DNA of 64,000 nt from Alphaproteobacteria bacterium (GTDB lineage: Bacteria > Pseudomonadota > Alphaproteobacteria > UBA9219), in contig WREW01000004.1 of assembly GCA_009779135.1 (NCBI GenBank), positions 13,448-77,447 of the forward strand, in the 5' to 3' direction. A model generated the notes under the pieces. The model was not told the origin of the DNA. It made no database searches and saw only the letters and a program-made list of their open reading frames with translations. Within the stretch, counting starts at the first letter, position 1, and each line of letters opens with the position of its first letter. The position numbers were made by a program, and so were the translations under genes. Shown here in pieces: positions 26,868-37,479 of the stretch.

Positions 26868-27947
26868 CTACCGTGTCGATTTTGCGGGTTTGAAGGCGTA
26901 GTTTTCGTCACCTTCTTTTTTGCCTTTGCCGTCTTGCTTTTCTTCTTTGACGGCCTCTTTCAGCGTGTCTTCCAAAGCGGCTTTAGCCTTGGCCGTGACA
27001 GCAGGTTCCACCTGTTTCACCGGCGGCGGCTCTTCTTCCTGCACAACCAAAGACATTTGCAGCGGCTCTTGCTGTTCCACAACATCCTTATCCTTGACCG
27101 GTTTATGCACGACAGCGCCGCTTTCCTTGCAGGCGATAATCTGCTCTGCCATCAGCGTTATGGCCGCCGTGGCCAGGCCGAACAAGGATGCCGCCTGCTC
27201 CATGGACATCTGGCTTTCAGGATTCACCATGGGATTGCGGTATTGCTCCTTGATCTGCGCCAGCATTTGAAGGAGACGTTTGTCAGGACGGAAATCCACC
27301 ATATCCTCATCCGACAAAGCGGCAAGTTTTTTGAGGTAAATCGCATAAGTGCGCTCGGCGCGCCCGACTTGTGTGCCGGAGAATGTTTCGTAAAACAGCT
27401 TGAGCACAATCTCGATCGCGCGCAGAAGATGAAGCCCCGCCGCCGTGCCGAACTCAAACGCCAAAGCGCGGCCCGCCATGCCAAACTCGTGCAAAGCTGC
27501 CGGCGGCATAACGGCGCGCAGCCGCTCTGAAAAACAAAGATGCGTGTTTTCAATCAAATCATAGGTCGAATAAATGCCGCACTTGCTTGCGGTGTAGGTG
27601 GGCGCATAGCAAAGCTCCGCCGCCAAAGCATGCTCGAACTTGTCAAGCTGCGTGGCCACAAGCATCAGCTCATGCGTATCAATGCGGTCTTCACCCGTGG
27701 GCGCTTTGAGCTGCTTGCTGGTCTGGTCAATGTAATATTTTTGGAAAAGTCCGCCGATGCGGTTTAAAAGTTTTTCAGCTTCGTTTTTCGAAGTCTCAAG
27801 CGCATAAACATCACCCTTGATCCACCCGTCCAAAAGCGCCTGCGCTTCGGTAAGAGGTGCGAGCATATCAACCACGCGGCTGCTCGTGAAAAGGGCATGA
27901 AGCTTGGATGCCAACTCATAAAAGCGAAAAGGATCTAAGTGATTCAT
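26868..27947 (-). CDS. Hypothetical protein with a HEPN-like helical domain (degenerate Rx4-6H) and an acidic/Lys-rich tail
   Basis: AGRALAFEFGTAAGLHLLRAIEIVL and QIKEQYRNPMVNP resemble HEPN N- and C-terminal signatures. Confidence 0.6.
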   Translation of the reverse strand: MNHLDPFRFYELASKLHALFTSSRVVDMLAPLTEAQALLDGWIKGDVYALETSKNEAEKLLNRIGGLFQKYYIDQTSKQLKAPTGEDRIDTHELMLVATQLDKFEHALAAELCYAPTYTASKCGIYSTYDLIENTHLCFSERLRAVMPPAALHEFGMAGRALAFEFGTAAGLHLLRAIEIVLKLFYETFSGTQVGRAERTYAIYLKKLAALSDEDMVDFRPDKRLLQMLAQIKEQYRNPMVNPESQMSMEQAASLFGLATAAITLMAEQIIACKESGAVVHKPVKDKDVVEQQEPLQMSLVVQEEEPPPVKQVEPAVTAKAKAALEDTLKEAVKEEKQDGKGKKEGDENYAFKPAKSTR

Positions 27948-28118
27948 AGGAAAAACACTTTCTCACATGGTGGAATCAAACGCCTAACAGTTACGTCAAC
28001 GCTGCCGGATCGTCAAGACAACATTATGGTTAACGCTTTGTTTTTCAGAAGTTTTGGAAAGCACAAAACGCGCCTTATGGGTGGCGTTACCTTTTTTAGA
28101 AAGGCGTTTTAAAAATAA

Positions 28119-28451
28119 TCAATGAAGAATGCGCGTTGTTGTGCGCTGCGGCATAATGGCAGCCTCGCTTTCGCGGTCTTCCGTAGTGCGGCCGGAAAGC
28201 GCCTGAGTCAGGCGTAAATTGGCCTGCGCCAGAGCATGAATCTGCTGTTCATGAAGCTGCATTTGCTGTTGAAGCTGTACCATTTTGTCATGAGAAAGCC
28301 GCGCCGCCATCACATTCTGCGCAACACTTTCGCCAAGGACATACCGCAAATGGCGGCGAAAACGGCGAAACCAGAAAAACGAAACAAGCAACAAGCAAAG
28401 AGAAGCCACCGCTATCAAAAGAAGAAGCGCAACGGCCCATGACAACATCAT
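28119..28451 (-). CDS. Hypothetical membrane-anchored coiled-coil protein
   Basis: N-terminal TM, Gln-rich coil, GGGGACAGG RBS. Confidence 0.7.
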   Translation of the reverse strand: MMLSWAVALLLLIAVASLCLLLVSFFWFRRFRRHLRYVLGESVAQNVMAARLSHDKMVQLQQQMQLHEQQIHALAQANLRLTQALSGRTTEDRESEAAIMPQRTTTRILH

Positions 28452-28525
28452 CCTGTCCCCCCATCATAATGCGGCCATGGAATATAACATAAAACGCGCC
28501 AGAAAAAAAGGGCTGCGCCCTCTTT

Positions 28526-28617
28526 TTTGTCATCCTCGGGCAACCGCAAAGCGGTTGAACCGGGGATCTGACGTCAGATCCCCGGGTTCTTGCTTCGCAA
28601 GCCCCGAGGATGACAAA
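28526..28617. repeat. Family-A palindromic repeat
   Basis: 15-bp terminal inverted repeat TTTGTCATCCTCGGG/CCCGAGGATGACAAA; central perfect palindrome GGGGATCTGACGTCAGATCCCC. Confidence 0.92.
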
Positions 28618-28638
28618 GAATATCTATACCAACCCTCT

Positions 28639-29730
<1,092 letters not shown>

Positions 29731-29766
29731 GATGGAAGGCTCCTTGCTTGAATGACGAATCGGAAT

Positions 29767-29837
29767 GTTTCCTGTTTGTTCTCATATAAACGCAATCAAA
29801 CTTTTTGGCAAGTTCTATTTTTGTTCTTGTTTTGCTC
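29767..29837 (-). promoter_or_regulatory. Alphaproteobacterial LexA (SOS) boxes upstream of recA
   Basis: GTTC-TATTTTT-GTTC (29812-29826) extended by -N7-GCTC (to 29837); second site GTTT-N7-GTTC (29767-29781). Confidence 0.85.
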
Positions 29838-29860
29838 TGTGGCTCAAAAAGCACGATCCC

Positions 29861-31699
29861 CTATAGGGGCCGTGTGGCCTGATCCAGCCATGCCCTTGAA
29901 AAAACATCAAGTTGAGGGCCAAGGAGCATATGCACATGCTCATGATACAGGTTGATCCATGCCTTTTCAGCCTCCGTCAGCATGGACGTCACAATGGCGC
30001 GGCGGTCAAAGGGAACCAGCGTCAAAACCTCAAACCCCAAAGTCACGCGCCCCTCATGCGAAAAAGCGGGAAGTTTGACGACATAAATCAGATTTTCAAG
30101 CCGGACTCCGTAAGCGCCCTCTTTGTAAAAGCCGGGCTCATTGGAAAGCACCATCCCCTCCTGCAGCGCCACGGAAGAGCGCTTGGAGATGGACTGGGGC
30201 CCTTCATGCACACCAAGATAAACCCCGACGCCATGTCCCGTGCCGTGCCCGTAATCAAGACCGACCTGCCACAAAAATTGCCGCGCCAGAACATCAAGAT
30301 CCGCCCCCGCCGTGCCGACAGGAAAACGCGCCGTAGCAAGCGCGATATGGCCTTTAAGCACGCGCGTGTAGTGATCCTTCATCTCATCCGAAGGGCTTCC
30401 CAGAACAATGGTGCGCGTAATATCCGTGGTGCCGTCAAGATACTGCGCGCCGCAATCCAGAAGGAAAAAGCTGTCCTGATCGAGCTTCCTGTTGGTCTGC
30501 GGCGTGGCGTGATAATGAACGATAGCGCCATTGGGGCCGCTGGCGGCGATGGTTTCAAAACTCGGGCCGCGATAAAGATTGCTGTAAGCGCGAAGCGAAG
30601 CCAGCTTGTGCATCACATCCATCTCGCGCAGCGCCTGATTGGACGCCTGCTGGTCGATCCAAGCCAGAAGCTTGCACATCACAAGCCCATCGCGGCGATG
30701 CGCAGCCTTCATGCCTTCAATTTCAGTTTTGTTTTTGCAAGCGCGCGGCAAAGCCGTAGGATCAAGCCCCAATATAACACCGACCCCCGCCTGATGAAGC
30801 GCCGCTACAAGCTTGTAAGAAGCCGTATCCTCATCCACCAGAATCTTCTGCCGCGTTTGAGCAAGACTCTCAATCGCGCTTTCCATGGCGCCCAAAGGAT
30901 AAGCGTTGATCCCGCGATCCTGATGCACAGCCAGCGAGCTATCGACTTTAACCGTATCGACAAACCAGTCCACATGCGTGTCCTGATAAACCAAAGCCAT
31001 CGAGCAGGGCAAAGGCGTAAAATCCACATCCCCGCCCCGCACATTCAAAAGCCAAGCGACCGAAGCCGGATTGGTTATCAAAGCCGCCGAAGCCTCCTTG
31101 GCTTGAAGCAGATTAACAAGGCCGCGCCGTTTGGTCAGGGAATCTTCGCCCGCATAGCGGATATCATAAACCTCAATCGGCGCGGCGGGCGGCAAGGGGC
31201 GGCCCGTCCAAAAACCATCAATCGGATTGTGAAGGGCCGGCACAAGGCAGGCGCGCGCGGTGATAGCAACCTCTTCATATTTTTGAACCTGCTTGCTTGT
31301 ATGTAGGGAAGGATCAAACCCGATTTTCTGTCCCGCGCGCAGATGCTGCGCAAGCCATGCGGATGGCGTTTGCGCGGCCATGTCAAAAAGATCATAAAGG
31401 CTGGCGGGAAGCTCCTGACCGGCCACCAGCATATAGCGGCTGTCCGTAAAAAAGGCCGCGCGATCCTGCATCACGATCACAAAGGCCGCCGATCCCGTAA
31501 AGCCCGTTAAAAAACCGATGCGCTGGTCTGAAGGCGCGACATATTCATTCTGGTAAACGTCGGCCATGGGAATCAAAAACCCCTCAAGCCCCTCATCCCG
31601 CAAGACCTGACGCAGCATCTCAAGACGCGCAACGTAAGTTTCAGAACTTCGTGTCGTTTGGTCGTGCGGAAGAAGGATAAAAGGCTCGGCAGGCATCAT
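29861..31699 (-). CDS. Xaa-Pro aminopeptidase (aminopeptidase P family)
   Basis: FLTGFTGSAA, FTDSRY, GAIVHY, DGTTDITRT, HGTGHGVG, SNEPGFY, GVRLEN. Confidence 0.93.
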   Translation of the reverse strand: MMPAEPFILLPHDQTTRSSETYVARLEMLRQVLRDEGLEGFLIPMADVYQNEYVAPSDQRIGFLTGFTGSAAFVIVMQDRAAFFTDSRYMLVAGQELPASLYDLFDMAAQTPSAWLAQHLRAGQKIGFDPSLHTSKQVQKYEEVAITARACLVPALHNPIDGFWTGRPLPPAAPIEVYDIRYAGEDSLTKRRGLVNLLQAKEASAALITNPASVAWLLNVRGGDVDFTPLPCSMALVYQDTHVDWFVDTVKVDSSLAVHQDRGINAYPLGAMESAIESLAQTRQKILVDEDTASYKLVAALHQAGVGVILGLDPTALPRACKNKTEIEGMKAAHRRDGLVMCKLLAWIDQQASNQALREMDVMHKLASLRAYSNLYRGPSFETIAASGPNGAIVHYHATPQTNRKLDQDSFFLLDCGAQYLDGTTDITRTIVLGSPSDEMKDHYTRVLKGHIALATARFPVGTAGADLDVLARQFLWQVGLDYGHGTGHGVGVYLGVHEGPQSISKRSSVALQEGMVLSNEPGFYKEGAYGVRLENLIYVVKLPAFSHEGRVTLGFEVLTLVPFDRRAIVTSMLTEAEKAWINLYHEHVHMLLGPQLDVFSRAWLDQATRPL

Positions 31700-31742
31700 G
31701 GCCTTGCATCATGCACCAACTTGGCAAAGAAATGCAAGAACG

Positions 31743-33509
31743 CTAAACCGCCGCATCTTCCACAAAAAGCTGGACACGTTCCCGCCCCTGCCAGACCTCG
31801 CGGCGCAAGGTACCGGCGAGGTGGCAGCTTTTTCCCACTTGGCCTAAAAGAAACGCGCCGAGATTATTTTCCATGGCGCGAAACGCAATGCCGCTTAGGC
31901 GCGCGCCGCCTTGCGAAACTGTAAGGCTGACATGCTTTTCCTTCACAACAGCCGCGCGCAGGATTTTACAATCCGCAAGCGCAAAGCGAGGCTCCGGATT
32001 GCCCGCGCCGAAAGGCGCCAGAGCTTCCAGCCTTTCAACAAAAGCGGATGTCAAAGCGCTTGACGCCACCAGACCATCCATATTGAGCGCAGGCACAAAA
32101 GGCTCAGCCTCAAGAACCTTGCCCACGCGCTCTTGAAGAAAAGCGTTAAGCGCTTCAAGCTTGTCTTTTTCCACAGTCAAGCCCGCCGCCATTTTATGGC
32201 CGCCGCCATTGATAAGGAGCCCCTGCTGCCGCGCCGCCATCACAGCCGCGCCCAGATCCACAGCGCCGATCGAGCGGCCCGAACCTTTGCCCACCTCGCC
32301 CTCAAGCGCAATCACGATCGCGGGCCTGTGAAACTTATCCTTCAGGCGCGAGGCCACAATGCCGATCACCCCGGGATGCCAATGCGCGCGCGCCAGAAAA
32401 ATCAGAGGGCTTTGTTCATCAACGATCAGGTTTTCCACCTCGGCCAGAGCCTGAGCTTCCATCGCGCGGCGCATATCGTTCAGCGCGTGAAGTTTTTCCG
32501 CAAGCTCCATCACTTCCTGCTCATCCTCGCTGACCAAAAGACGCGCGCCCCAATCCGCCTGCCCGATACGCCCGCCGGCATTGATGCGCGGCCCTAAAAT
32601 AAAACCGGCGGTAAAAGCATCCATCACGGGCTTGGCCCCCACCACTTGGCTTAGCGCGGCAAGGCCTTGGTTGGATCGCGCCTGCATCACTTTAAGTCCC
32701 TGCGCGACAAAGACGCGGTTAAGCCCTGTCAAAGACACAACATCACAAACTGTCCCAAGCGCCACAAGATCCAAAAACTGCATCAAATCCGGCTCTGGCT
32801 TTTGCGCGGTATAAAAACCCTTTTGACGCAAAGCGCGGTTGACGGACACCACAAAAAGATACGTCACCCCCACAGCCGCCAAAGATGACAAGCGCCGCGC
32901 CTCCTCACTTTCATCCAGACGGTTGGGATTCACCATGGCCACAACCTCCGGCAACAAAGGCGCAGCAGCATGATGATCGATCACGATCACATCAAGACCC
33001 ATCTCCCGCGCCGCCTGCAAAGGCTGATAAGAGGTCGTTCCACAATCAACGCAAACGACAAGCTTAACGCCTTCTTTTGTGAGTGTCTTCATCGCCGCCT
33101 CATGCGGCCCGTAGCCTTCCTTGATCCGATCCGGAATATAAAGCCGCAGCGTCACGCCAAGCGCGCGCGCAAAGCGCAGCAAAAGCGCAGACGATGTCGC
33201 GCCATCCACATCATAATCACCATAGACGGCAATCTTCTCGCCGCTCTCAAGCGCCTGAACAAAACGCTGCGTGGCCCGATCCATATCGCGCAAAAGCGAA
33301 GGGTCCGGCAAAGCCTGACGAAGGCGCGGGGATAAAAAATCCTCAGCCTCATCCAAACCCACGCCGCGCGCGGCCAAAGCGCGGGCAAGAGCCTCGGGCA
33401 GGTCAAACTTTTGCATCAGCACAAGCTGCAACCGCTCATCAAAAGCGCGCGCGATCCAGCGCTGGCCGCGCGCCGAATGTTCCACACCAAGAAAGGCTTC
33501 CTGCGTCAC
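31743..33509 (-). CDS. recJ: Single-stranded-DNA exonuclease RecJ
   Basis: YGDYDVDG, VDCG, IDHH, LGTVCDVV, GPRINAGGR, GSGRS, GGHKMAAG. Confidence 0.97.
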   Translation of the reverse strand: MTQEAFLGVEHSARGQRWIARAFDERLQLVLMQKFDLPEALARALAARGVGLDEAEDFLSPRLRQALPDPSLLRDMDRATQRFVQALESGEKIAVYGDYDVDGATSSALLLRFARALGVTLRLYIPDRIKEGYGPHEAAMKTLTKEGVKLVVCVDCGTTSYQPLQAAREMGLDVIVIDHHAAAPLLPEVVAMVNPNRLDESEEARRLSSLAAVGVTYLFVVSVNRALRQKGFYTAQKPEPDLMQFLDLVALGTVCDVVSLTGLNRVFVAQGLKVMQARSNQGLAALSQVVGAKPVMDAFTAGFILGPRINAGGRIGQADWGARLLVSEDEQEVMELAEKLHALNDMRRAMEAQALAEVENLIVDEQSPLIFLARAHWHPGVIGIVASRLKDKFHRPAIVIALEGEVGKGSGRSIGAVDLGAAVMAARQQGLLINGGGHKMAAGLTVEKDKLEALNAFLQERVGKVLEAEPFVPALNMDGLVASSALTSAFVERLEALAPFGAGNPEPRFALADCKILRAAVVKEKHVSLTVSQGGARLSGIAFRAMENNLGAFLLGQVGKSCHLAGTLRREVWQGRERVQLFVEDAAV

Positions 33510-34468
33510 AAACCCTCAGCCGGCTTGCGGTGGAAATTATGACGCGCTTCAATGATGCGCACTGTGCCCGTGCGCGAGCGCATGATGATCGAGTGCGTGA
33601 TCGCCCCCCCGGGCACCAGACGCACGCCACGCAGCATCGTGCCGTTGGTCACGCCCGTAGCGGCAAACATAATGTCGCCATGAGCAAGCTCATCCATCGC
33701 GTATTTCCTGTCAAAATCCGTGATGCCCGCTTTTTGCGCGCGCAGCCGCTCATTATCATTGCGGAAAAGAAGACGCCCCTGCATCTGCCCGCCGATACAT
33801 TGCAAAGCCGCAGCTCCCAAAACACCTTCGGGCGCGCCGCCGGAGCCGACATAAAGATCAATGCCGCTTTCAGGGTCCGAGGTCGCCATCACAGCCGCCA
33901 CATCGCCATCACCGATCAGCATAATACGCGCGCCTGTCTTGCGCACGCGCGCAATCAGATCTTCATGCCGAGGGCGATCGAGAATACAGACCTGAATCTC
34001 GGCCAGCGTCGCGCCTTTGGCTTTGGCGAGATTGTTGAGATTGTCTTCAATCGACGCATCCAGATCCACAACCCCCGCAGGCAGCCCCGCGCCTACGGCG
34101 ATTTTGTCCATATAGACATCCGGCGCATGCAAAAAGCCGCCGGCCTGCGCCATCGCCACCACAGCCAGCGCATTATTGCCGCCGCGCGCGCAAATGGTCG
34201 TCCCTTCCAAAGGATCGAGCGCAATATCAACCTTGCAGCCATAGCCTGTGCCGACTTTCTCGCCGATATAAAGCATAGGAGCTTCATCACGTTCGCCCTC
34301 GCCGATCACGACCGTGCCGTCAATATCAAGCACGTTCAAAGCGCGGCGCATGCCGTCCACAGCCAGTTGATCGGCCGCCTTTTCATCCCCGCGCCCGACC
34401 ATGGACACGCAAGACAAGGCCGCCGCCTCGGAAACACGGGTCAATTCAAGCGCCAGATTACGATCCAT
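33506..34468 (-). CDS. glpX: Class II fructose-1,6-bisphosphatase
   Basis: VIGEGERDEAPMLYIGE, DPLEGT, PDVYMDK, GDGDV, GGAPEGVL, FAATGVTNG. Confidence 0.97.
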   Translation of the reverse strand: MDRNLALELTRVSEAAALSCVSMVGRGDEKAADQLAVDGMRRALNVLDIDGTVVIGEGERDEAPMLYIGEKVGTGYGCKVDIALDPLEGTTICARGGNNALAVVAMAQAGGFLHAPDVYMDKIAVGAGLPAGVVDLDASIEDNLNNLAKAKGATLAEIQVCILDRPRHEDLIARVRKTGARIMLIGDGDVAAVMATSDPESGIDLYVGSGGAPEGVLGAAALQCIGGQMQGRLLFRNDNERLRAQKAGITDFDRKYAMDELAHGDIMFAATGVTNGTMLRGVRLVPGGAITHSIIMRSRTGTVRIIEARHNFHRKPAEGL

Positions 34469-34491
34469 ATAAGCTTCTTTATGCATGTGTT

Positions 34492-34812
34492 TTACTCCTT
34501 TATAGAGGGCTTATCCTGCTCATGGAGCATGCGCTGCCGGATAACATCAGCCTTTAAACGGTTCGAGTTCATGATAATCCTATCCTGCTCCACCATGTCC
34601 ATATCTGTAAAATCGGGTCTTTGAGCCGGTACCTCGGAAAGGTTGGGCCAGCTCCGCAGCCCCGCGCGGCTTGGCGTCCCCACGGCGCGAGGGGCGGCTA
34701 AAACCTCGTCCTCAGGCTCGCCCGTGAGCCATTCCGGCCCCTTAATATCCGCGCATCCGGCGCACAGCAATAGGCAAAAAAGCGTCGCTGTCGGGAAAAA
34801 ACGCGCTTGCAT
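34492..34812 (-). CDS. Hypothetical lipoprotein
   Basis: MQARFFPTATLFCLLLCAG-C lipobox; WPNLSEVPAQRP motif; start trimmed from the 161-aa ORF. Confidence 0.65.
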   Translation of the reverse strand: MQARFFPTATLFCLLLCAGCADIKGPEWLTGEPEDEVLAAPRAVGTPSRAGLRSWPNLSEVPAQRPDFTDMDMVEQDRIIMNSNRLKADVIRQRMLHEQDKPSIKE

Positions 34813-34945
34813 GCATTTTGATGCTGATTTTAACCGTCCATTCATGTTATAGATGGATCCTCTTCTATCAAATCCCTTTTTGCTGTGGTGTCCAACCATA
34901 GCAGCCCTTACGCAAAAGCTCAACGTCCTCAAACCAGACAAGAAG

Positions 34946-36802
34946 ATGACCATGACTTCTGAAAAAATACCGGCCAATAACCCCGCCGGCGCGCCACTTA
35001 CAATGACCCCGCCCGACTTTGTCGCCTTTTCGCAAAGGCTCTACGACATTGCGCTGCGCAGCCAGAAAATGCTCAATCTTTATCTTGAGAAAAACCGCTG
35101 GATGGCCTCGAAAATGGGCTCAGCCGATCCGGCAGGGCTGGGGCAGGCCTATGCCGCCTTGGCCGGAAGGATCTTTTCAAACCCCAAACATCTGATCGAA
35201 ACACAGCTGGCCTTCTGGCAGGATTATATCAAGCTGCTAAGGGCCACCGCCGCCGCCAGTGCCGGCCGCAAGATGGATGTGGTGATTGAGCCAAGCTCTA
35301 AAGACAAGCGCTTCAAAGACCCCGCATGGCAGGATATGTGGATTTTTGACTTTTTCAAACAATCCTACCTGCTGGTATCCAATTGGACACAGGAGATTTT
35401 AAAGGAAGCCGTTCATCTCGACCCCCAAATGGCGCATAAAGTGACCTTTTGGACGAACCAGATCATTGATGCGATCTCGCCCACCAATTTTATGCTCTCA
35501 AACCCCGAAGCATGGCGCGCCACGATCGAAACGAAAGGCGAAAACCTTCTTAGAGGTTTTGAAAACATGCTCAAGGATATGGAGCGCGGTCAGGGCACGC
35601 TTCTTGTCAGCATGTCCGACAGCCGCCCCTTTAAGTTCGGTGAAAATATCGCCACCACAAAAGGCAAAGTTGTTTTTCAAAATGAGCTGATCCAGCTGAT
35701 CCAGTTTTCACCTTTGACGGAAAAGGTGCATAAAACGCCCGTGCTGATTATTCCGCCATGGATCAACAAATATTATATCCTCGACCTTAAACCCGAAGCC
35801 TCCTATATCCGCCACATTGTCGAACAAGGGCATACGGTTTACATCATCTCTTGGGTCAACCCCGATGCGCGCCACGCCCATCTTGGTTTTGATGATTACA
35901 TGACCTTGGGGCCCGTCCGCGCGGCGATGGAGATCAAAAAAATCACCGGCGAAGACACGCTCAACACGATCGGCTATTGCATCGGCGGCACGCTTTTGGC
36001 CTGCATGCTGGGCTGGATGGCGGGTCTTGGCGATCATGTTCCGGCTGAGATGCCCAAAATCAACAGCGCCACTTATCTTGTGACTCTGGTCGATTTCACG
36101 GATATCGGCGACATCGCCGTCTTTGTCGATGAAAACCAGATCAAGATGATTGAAAACATGATGAAGGATCGAGGGTTCCTGCCCGCGCCCTTCCTTGCCA
36201 GCACCTTTGCCATGCTGCGCGCCAATGATCTTATCTGGCAGTATGTGGTCAATAATTATCTGATGGGCAAAGACCCCTTCCCGTTTGATCTTTTGTCATG
36301 GAACGCGGACTCAACAAATCTTCCCGCCGCCATGCAAAGCTACTACCTGCGCAACATGTATAAGGACAACAAGCTCGTGCAGCCGGGCGCTTTAAGCATG
36401 AAAGGCGTGCCGATTGATGTAAGACAGATCAAAGTCCCAAGCTTTATCCTCTCAACGATCGAGGATCACATCACCCCTTGGCGCACGACTTACGCGGCAA
36501 CGCAGCTTTATACGGGCCCAAGGACTTTCTGCCTGTCCGGCTCAGGCCATATCGCGGGCGTCGTCAACCCGCCAGCCAAGAAAAAATACAATTACTGGAT
36601 CAGCGAAAGCAACGACTACCCCGCCAACCCAGACCAGTGGCTTGAAAAAGCCACAAAACACGACGGTTCTTGGTGGCCCGCCTGGTTCCAGTGGCTCGCC
36701 CAATATAGCGGCGACATGACCGCCCCCCGCGACCCCGCAGCCAACCCGAACGCCACCGAAGACGCCCCGGGCAGCTACGTCCGCGTGCGGGTGATTGGGT
36801 AA
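34946..36802 (+). CDS. phaC: Class I polyhydroxyalkanoate synthase
   Basis: KDKRF.DPAW, PPWINKYYILDL, lipase box GYCIGG, WNADSTNLP, EDHITPW, SGHIAGVVNP, GSWWP; start 34946 or 34952. Confidence 0.95.
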   Translation: MTMTSEKIPANNPAGAPLTMTPPDFVAFSQRLYDIALRSQKMLNLYLEKNRWMASKMGSADPAGLGQAYAALAGRIFSNPKHLIETQLAFWQDYIKLLRATAAASAGRKMDVVIEPSSKDKRFKDPAWQDMWIFDFFKQSYLLVSNWTQEILKEAVHLDPQMAHKVTFWTNQIIDAISPTNFMLSNPEAWRATIETKGENLLRGFENMLKDMERGQGTLLVSMSDSRPFKFGENIATTKGKVVFQNELIQLIQFSPLTEKVHKTPVLIIPPWINKYYILDLKPEASYIRHIVEQGHTVYIISWVNPDARHAHLGFDDYMTLGPVRAAMEIKKITGEDTLNTIGYCIGGTLLACMLGWMAGLGDHVPAEMPKINSATYLVTLVDFTDIGDIAVFVDENQIKMIENMMKDRGFLPAPFLASTFAMLRANDLIWQYVVNNYLMGKDPFPFDLLSWNADSTNLPAAMQSYYLRNMYKDNKLVQPGALSMKGVPIDVRQIKVPSFILSTIEDHITPWRTTYAATQLYTGPRTFCLSGSGHIAGVVNPPAKKKYNYWISESNDYPANPDQWLEKATKHDGSWWPAWFQWLAQYSGDMTAPRDPAANPNATEDAPGSYVRVRVIG

Positions 36803-36810
36803 AAGTAAAA

Positions 36811-36854
36811 CTTGTCATTAATCCGCCTGCGGCGACCTTCCTGCCAATGACAAG
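36811..36854. repeat. Internally deleted family-B repeat
   Basis: CTTGTCATT...AATGACAAG ends; right end CCTTCCTGCCAATGACA matches the reverse complement of 5243-5259 with one mismatch. Confidence 0.7.
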
Positions 36855-36941
36855 AGCGGGGGAAGGGCTTAAAATGAAGGTATTTTTTTCCTAAAAGGCG
36901 TGGTAAAACGCCATAGACAAAGAAACAAAAAGGAAACCATA

Positions 36942-37475
36942 ATGAAAAACGCATTTAAAAAAGCAGCAGACTTTTTGATGACGCCGCATGTTCAAGCTTT
37001 CGGCAAAGGTTTCATTCCTAACAGCCTGATAATGGGTCTGGCAGGACATGGGCATGTTGAAGTGCTTACGACCATAGTCATAATGTCAGGGATAACAACA
37101 TTAGCAGGACTGGCCTTAGCGGATGGGCGATATTCGCCCAAGCAGCAAAAAAAAGTGCTCGCTTGTTTTATGAGCGGCGTGGCTTTATCTCCCGTGCTGG
37201 GCTTGCCCCTCGCATATCATCTTTCAACAAAAGAACTAAACGCGCCACCTCTAAAAAAAGAGCTGCAGCTGCAAAAGGCCGCTCAAGAATTATTTGCGCA
37301 GTGTTCCTCAAAAACCTGCTCTGCGACCGCAACGGCAGGTGCCCAGATTGTTGAAATGACAGAGAATGTCATAATCATGAAAGTGACAGCCCCCGATGGC
37401 TCCCAACAATGCTACCTTGCGGAAAGAAGAAAAACGCCGATACAGATCGGGAAGAAATGCAATCTGTCCCCCTAA
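36942..37475 (+). CDS. Hypothetical membrane protein; paralog of 1..256
   Basis: MKNAFKKAADFL..HVQAFGKGFIPNSLIMGLAG; 2-3 TM; Cys-containing C-terminal domain; AAGGA RBS. Confidence 0.78.
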   Translation: MKNAFKKAADFLMTPHVQAFGKGFIPNSLIMGLAGHGHVEVLTTIVIMSGITTLAGLALADGRYSPKQQKKVLACFMSGVALSPVLGLPLAYHLSTKELNAPPLKKELQLQKAAQELFAQCSSKTCSATATAGAQIVEMTENVIIMKVTAPDGSQQCYLAERRKTPIQIGKKCNLSP

Positions 37476-37479
37476 AGCC

